From NCBI GenBank assembly GCA_036172245.1, contig JAYWIR010000044.1:1302001-1366000 (forward strand): a stretch of DNA of 64,000 bases. Direction: 5' to 3'. The position numbers and the translations under genes were made by a program. Source of the DNA: Raillietiella orientalis. Lineage: Eukaryota. The notes under the pieces are model-generated. The model was not told where the DNA came from. It did not search any database and worked only from the letters and a program-made list of their open reading frames with translations. The stretch's first letter is position 1, and each line of letters opens with the position of its first letter. Positions 60,796 through 64,000 of the stretch are shown piece by piece.

Positions 60796-61125
60796 GTGTC
60801 CAGTGCCGTCACACCCTGCTGTTGCAGCGGGATTCTCCCAGCAATGCACGCCAACTCTACTGAACGGGGGAGAGTGAGATGCCCGGGCTGCCGCAGGTGC
60901 GGGGAACCAGCTTGTGCACTGTGCTGCCCTTCGACCTATGGGAACTTTTGGGACGATGCTATAGACGCTCGGCCGGCAACCCCAGGGAACTTGCGAAACT
61001 CCTCTCCACACGGGATGCCCTACTGCCCGCCGCAGCCTCAGCAACCCTTTTCTGCACCCACAACGGCCTGGAGCGACGCTGAGGGAGGATCATACGAGAG
61101 GGACACTATTGACTTCGCTTCCTGA
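60796..61125 (+). mobile_element. Decayed gag-like zinc-knuckle cluster (LINE ORF1)
   Basis: RCPGCRRCGEPACALC...NLRNSSPHGMPYCP: Cys/His spacing resembles tandem CCHC knuckles. Confidence 0.35.
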
Positions 61126-62399
61126 GGGAAACTTCCAGATGGCCTCACCTGGGTACAATAAGGACCTAGCAGGCATCCTAGAAAGGATGCAGAGGACTTC
61201 CTTCAGCAAACTGTAGTCCCTTTCAGGCCCTCTGCAGTGTTCCTATTTAGTTATTTTTTTTTCCCATCCCACTCTGCTGCTGAGGTGAACCTCGCCGGTC
61301 TGCGTACTAGCGACCCGGCAGGACCACACACAAATAAAGTGTGATAAGACTACGCGTCCTGCCACAATATATGAGGTCATCTTAAATTTCCATAAACGTT
61401 TCCGGTTGGGAATCGGATAGAAAACAAGGAGCTGGTCCCATCCAGGAAACCCTTCCAGAGGAAAGAAAAAAAAAAGGAAGGAAATTCGAGAGCAGAAGCT
61501 GTTGCCATGGTCATCCCTTCTTCATCCCTACTCGCCGAAACCGGGCTTCGAAATGACTCCGAACTCTGTCCGTTCCAGAGCTGGGATGGAAACGCTCGGC
61601 TGCTTGCAGACCTTCATGGCAGACCTCAGGTTTCCCTCCCGCTTCTCCGCTGAACGGTAGGGTAGTTCGGATTCTTTTTCACGAGATGGCGTCCGCAGCT
61701 TTCTGCTGAACTACGAAGCTCCCCCTCGTTGACTGAGGCACTTTCGACCTACATCTTCTCACCTCCTGCCACTCCTTACACACCGACCTTGGCATGGAAA
61801 GCATTGCCACTGGTCTCTTTCCAAGAACGGCACCAGCACGGAAACTCCTTAGGGAACGCGGAGGAGGCTGAGAAGGTCGGAGAAGAAGCTTGCGCCAGCA
61901 TCAGCTGGTGAAGAACGCCCGCGTGTCCTCTCCCTCAGAGCTGCCTTCTCTACGGGAAAGAGGCAGCAGTGGCTGACCGACAGTGTGGGAGCTACCCGAC
62001 CCTGGTGTCATCAAACTCTTTGGTGGACGGATTTCAGCACGGCTGACTGACACGTGCACACAAAGACCCCGGGCCCGGGTGGCCCACACGCTCGGACAGC
62101 ACCGTACACTTCAGCCTACATCCGTATTGGTCAGGGTTCTTCCTGCACTGAGACATGTGGTGACTGACTCCTGGTCACATCTCGACCAGGGATAACCACT
62201 TCCACCGCTCAGTGGGAAAAGCTGCGCAGTGGTGCACGGAGACCTTCCTCAGCATCCGAAAAGGTGAGTGGATATCTTTGGAATTTCCTCTTGAGGTCTC
62301 GAGACCTCGGACATTCCGGTCGACGTCCACGTCCTTCTCTTCCCCCCTTACCCCCTTATCCATCACCTTGCCAAGTGCATCAGGCATTCACACCAAATG

Positions 62400-62960
62400 A
62401 GAAAAGAAGGACTCTTCCATGTCTCACCAGGGGTTCTGCCCAAAGAACGTACCCATTGAGGGACGGCGGAGGACCACGTGCTCTTTGAGGGATGGAAGAG
62501 CATCGCTGAGGGTGTACTGTAACTTTCCAACGCTGACCCGGTGGACCTATTTGAGAAGGTTTTGCCACCTCCAGGCTTTCCAATTCGTCCCTCCCACCGC
62601 CAGCGGAGGCACCACCCCTTCCATGCAGAGTGGGATGGGGTGACCCAAACTGAGATGTGAAACCCAAATAAGCCTCGAGGCAAACCGGGTCGAAATCAGT
62701 GCTGCACCGCAGCCTCCTTGGGAATTCTCCTTTTCGCCACGGAGCCGGTTCATTCGACACCCCATTTCCAAGACTCTTCCTCAAAAGCCCTCTAGAGGAG
62801 GTCCGAAATCCTTCCGCTTCGCTTTGGTACGCGCTGGTGTCCTCACAGCAAAAATTTCATGCATCAGGGTGGTGAAAGGAGGGAGTTTCAAGGAGGAAGC
62901 TGGTTCCATAGGCTCGCAGGTTAGGCTACAAGAAAAACCAGGAGGGCGCCGGTCCGCTAC
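62400..62960 (-). mobile_element. Highly diverged SINE-family body (copy I)
   Basis: Reverse complement has ggaaatgggg, ggggtggtg, gaaagttacagtacaccctc and caaagagcacgtggtcc, colinear with motifs of copies B and E. Confidence 0.35.
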
Positions 62961-64000
62961 CCCGCGTCTTTCGCTTCAGCCTACGTGCCGTGCAGAAGAC
63001 ATCATTCTTCCTACCCTTGCTCCAAGCGTGGTCACTTCCTCTCCCTAAACCCTCTGCGTCATGTGGATACCGCCTTGCCCTTCCTAGAGGACGCTGCACA
63101 CTGCAGCCGAGACAACTGATTTCCCGTGGCACCTGAGGGACCGCTGCGACCTCCCAGAGCTGGTTCAATGTATTGGTGAATTATCCCTGCTTGCGTCTTC
63201 TCCCTTGAAAAGTACCTGCCCTCTGGACAGCGCGCGCAGGAAACGTTCCCTGACACGTGCGTCCATTTGTTTGCGAACGGGTTCCTCAGGACGACCAGTG
63301 AACGAAGGGCCGAATTCACATGACTCGGGGTGTGGTAAAGTTCATGGTGGATGCGTGATTTGTAAGATCCCGCCAGCCACAGGGTGCACTGGTAAAGGGA
63401 AAAGGGAACCCACCTGGATTTCGCTCCGCTTTCGTTCATCCCGCGTGACCGCGCGCAGGTCGCGCCCCAGTTTGATCGCTAGGCAGTCTTGAGATTCGGA
63501 ATTCGGGAAGGCCGAGAGCCATCCCCTCGAAGCGCGTGCGGGCGGAGGCGGAAGTTTGTTCACATCGCGGGGAATGCCAAGCCGAAAATAGGCGCCTTGT
63601 GGGAGGCCATTTACTCGCGCGCGGGATCGGAAAAGCACCTCGTTAGCGTTCCCCCAAAAGTCGGTGAATAACTCCCGGTGTCTTCATGGGAACCCAGAGT
63701 GCTCGCTGCGTGAGTCCCCTGCGCACCCACGACGATCGGAGGTTGAAGTCACCTCCGGACAGTGGCTCTGCGAAGCAGCATCGACTGGCCTTAGCCGACT
63801 TACCCGCGCAAGCGCGCCACATGACTCGCGAGGAGGCAGAAAAATGCACTCGTGTGCGAAAGAACACGCTGCACTTGGGTGAAGTGTACTAAACCAAACC
63901 GCGCGGACATTCACGCGCTCTCTCAGAAAAGCATCATGGATGTCGGCCTGCGACTTCCCAGCCGACTCCCCTCTCGGATTCGGCCTGCACTCCCTGGCCA

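Overview
Eukaryotic, essentially gene-free window. No intact protein-coding gene, rRNA, intact tRNA or CRISPR array can be supported. Almost all 64 kb is a dense mosaic of heavily decayed non-LTR retrotransposon fragments on both strands. Most look like restriction-like-endonuclease (RLE; R2/NeSL/Utopia-type) elements, recognised by eye from eroded zinc finger/Myb, RT and CCHC/RLE motifs; a few are L1/Tx1-like. Embedded in this mosaic are: (i) a dispersed ~0.5-0.8 kb SINE-like family with a tRNA-derived head and an internal ~40-bp repeat (about 8-10 copies); (ii) a pseudogene at 35.6-37.45 kb resembling, from recollection, an uncharacterised protein family expanded in spiders with Wolbachia homologues, interrupted in-frame by a young 573-bp 5'-truncated LINE with a perfect 11-bp TSD; (iii) a ~220-bp MITE with 13-bp TIRs; (iv) several inverted repeats and hairpins; (v) a CpG-rich tract with promoter motifs and divergent consensus splice sites, suggesting non-coding transcription through the TE graveyard (possible piRNA-cluster-like locus). 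An arachnid/arthropod host is inferred, not shown. Boundaries of decayed fragments are approximate, and family assignments are motif recognition without database searches. I did not find convincing evidence for a novel multi-gene system; the best leads are listed as findings.
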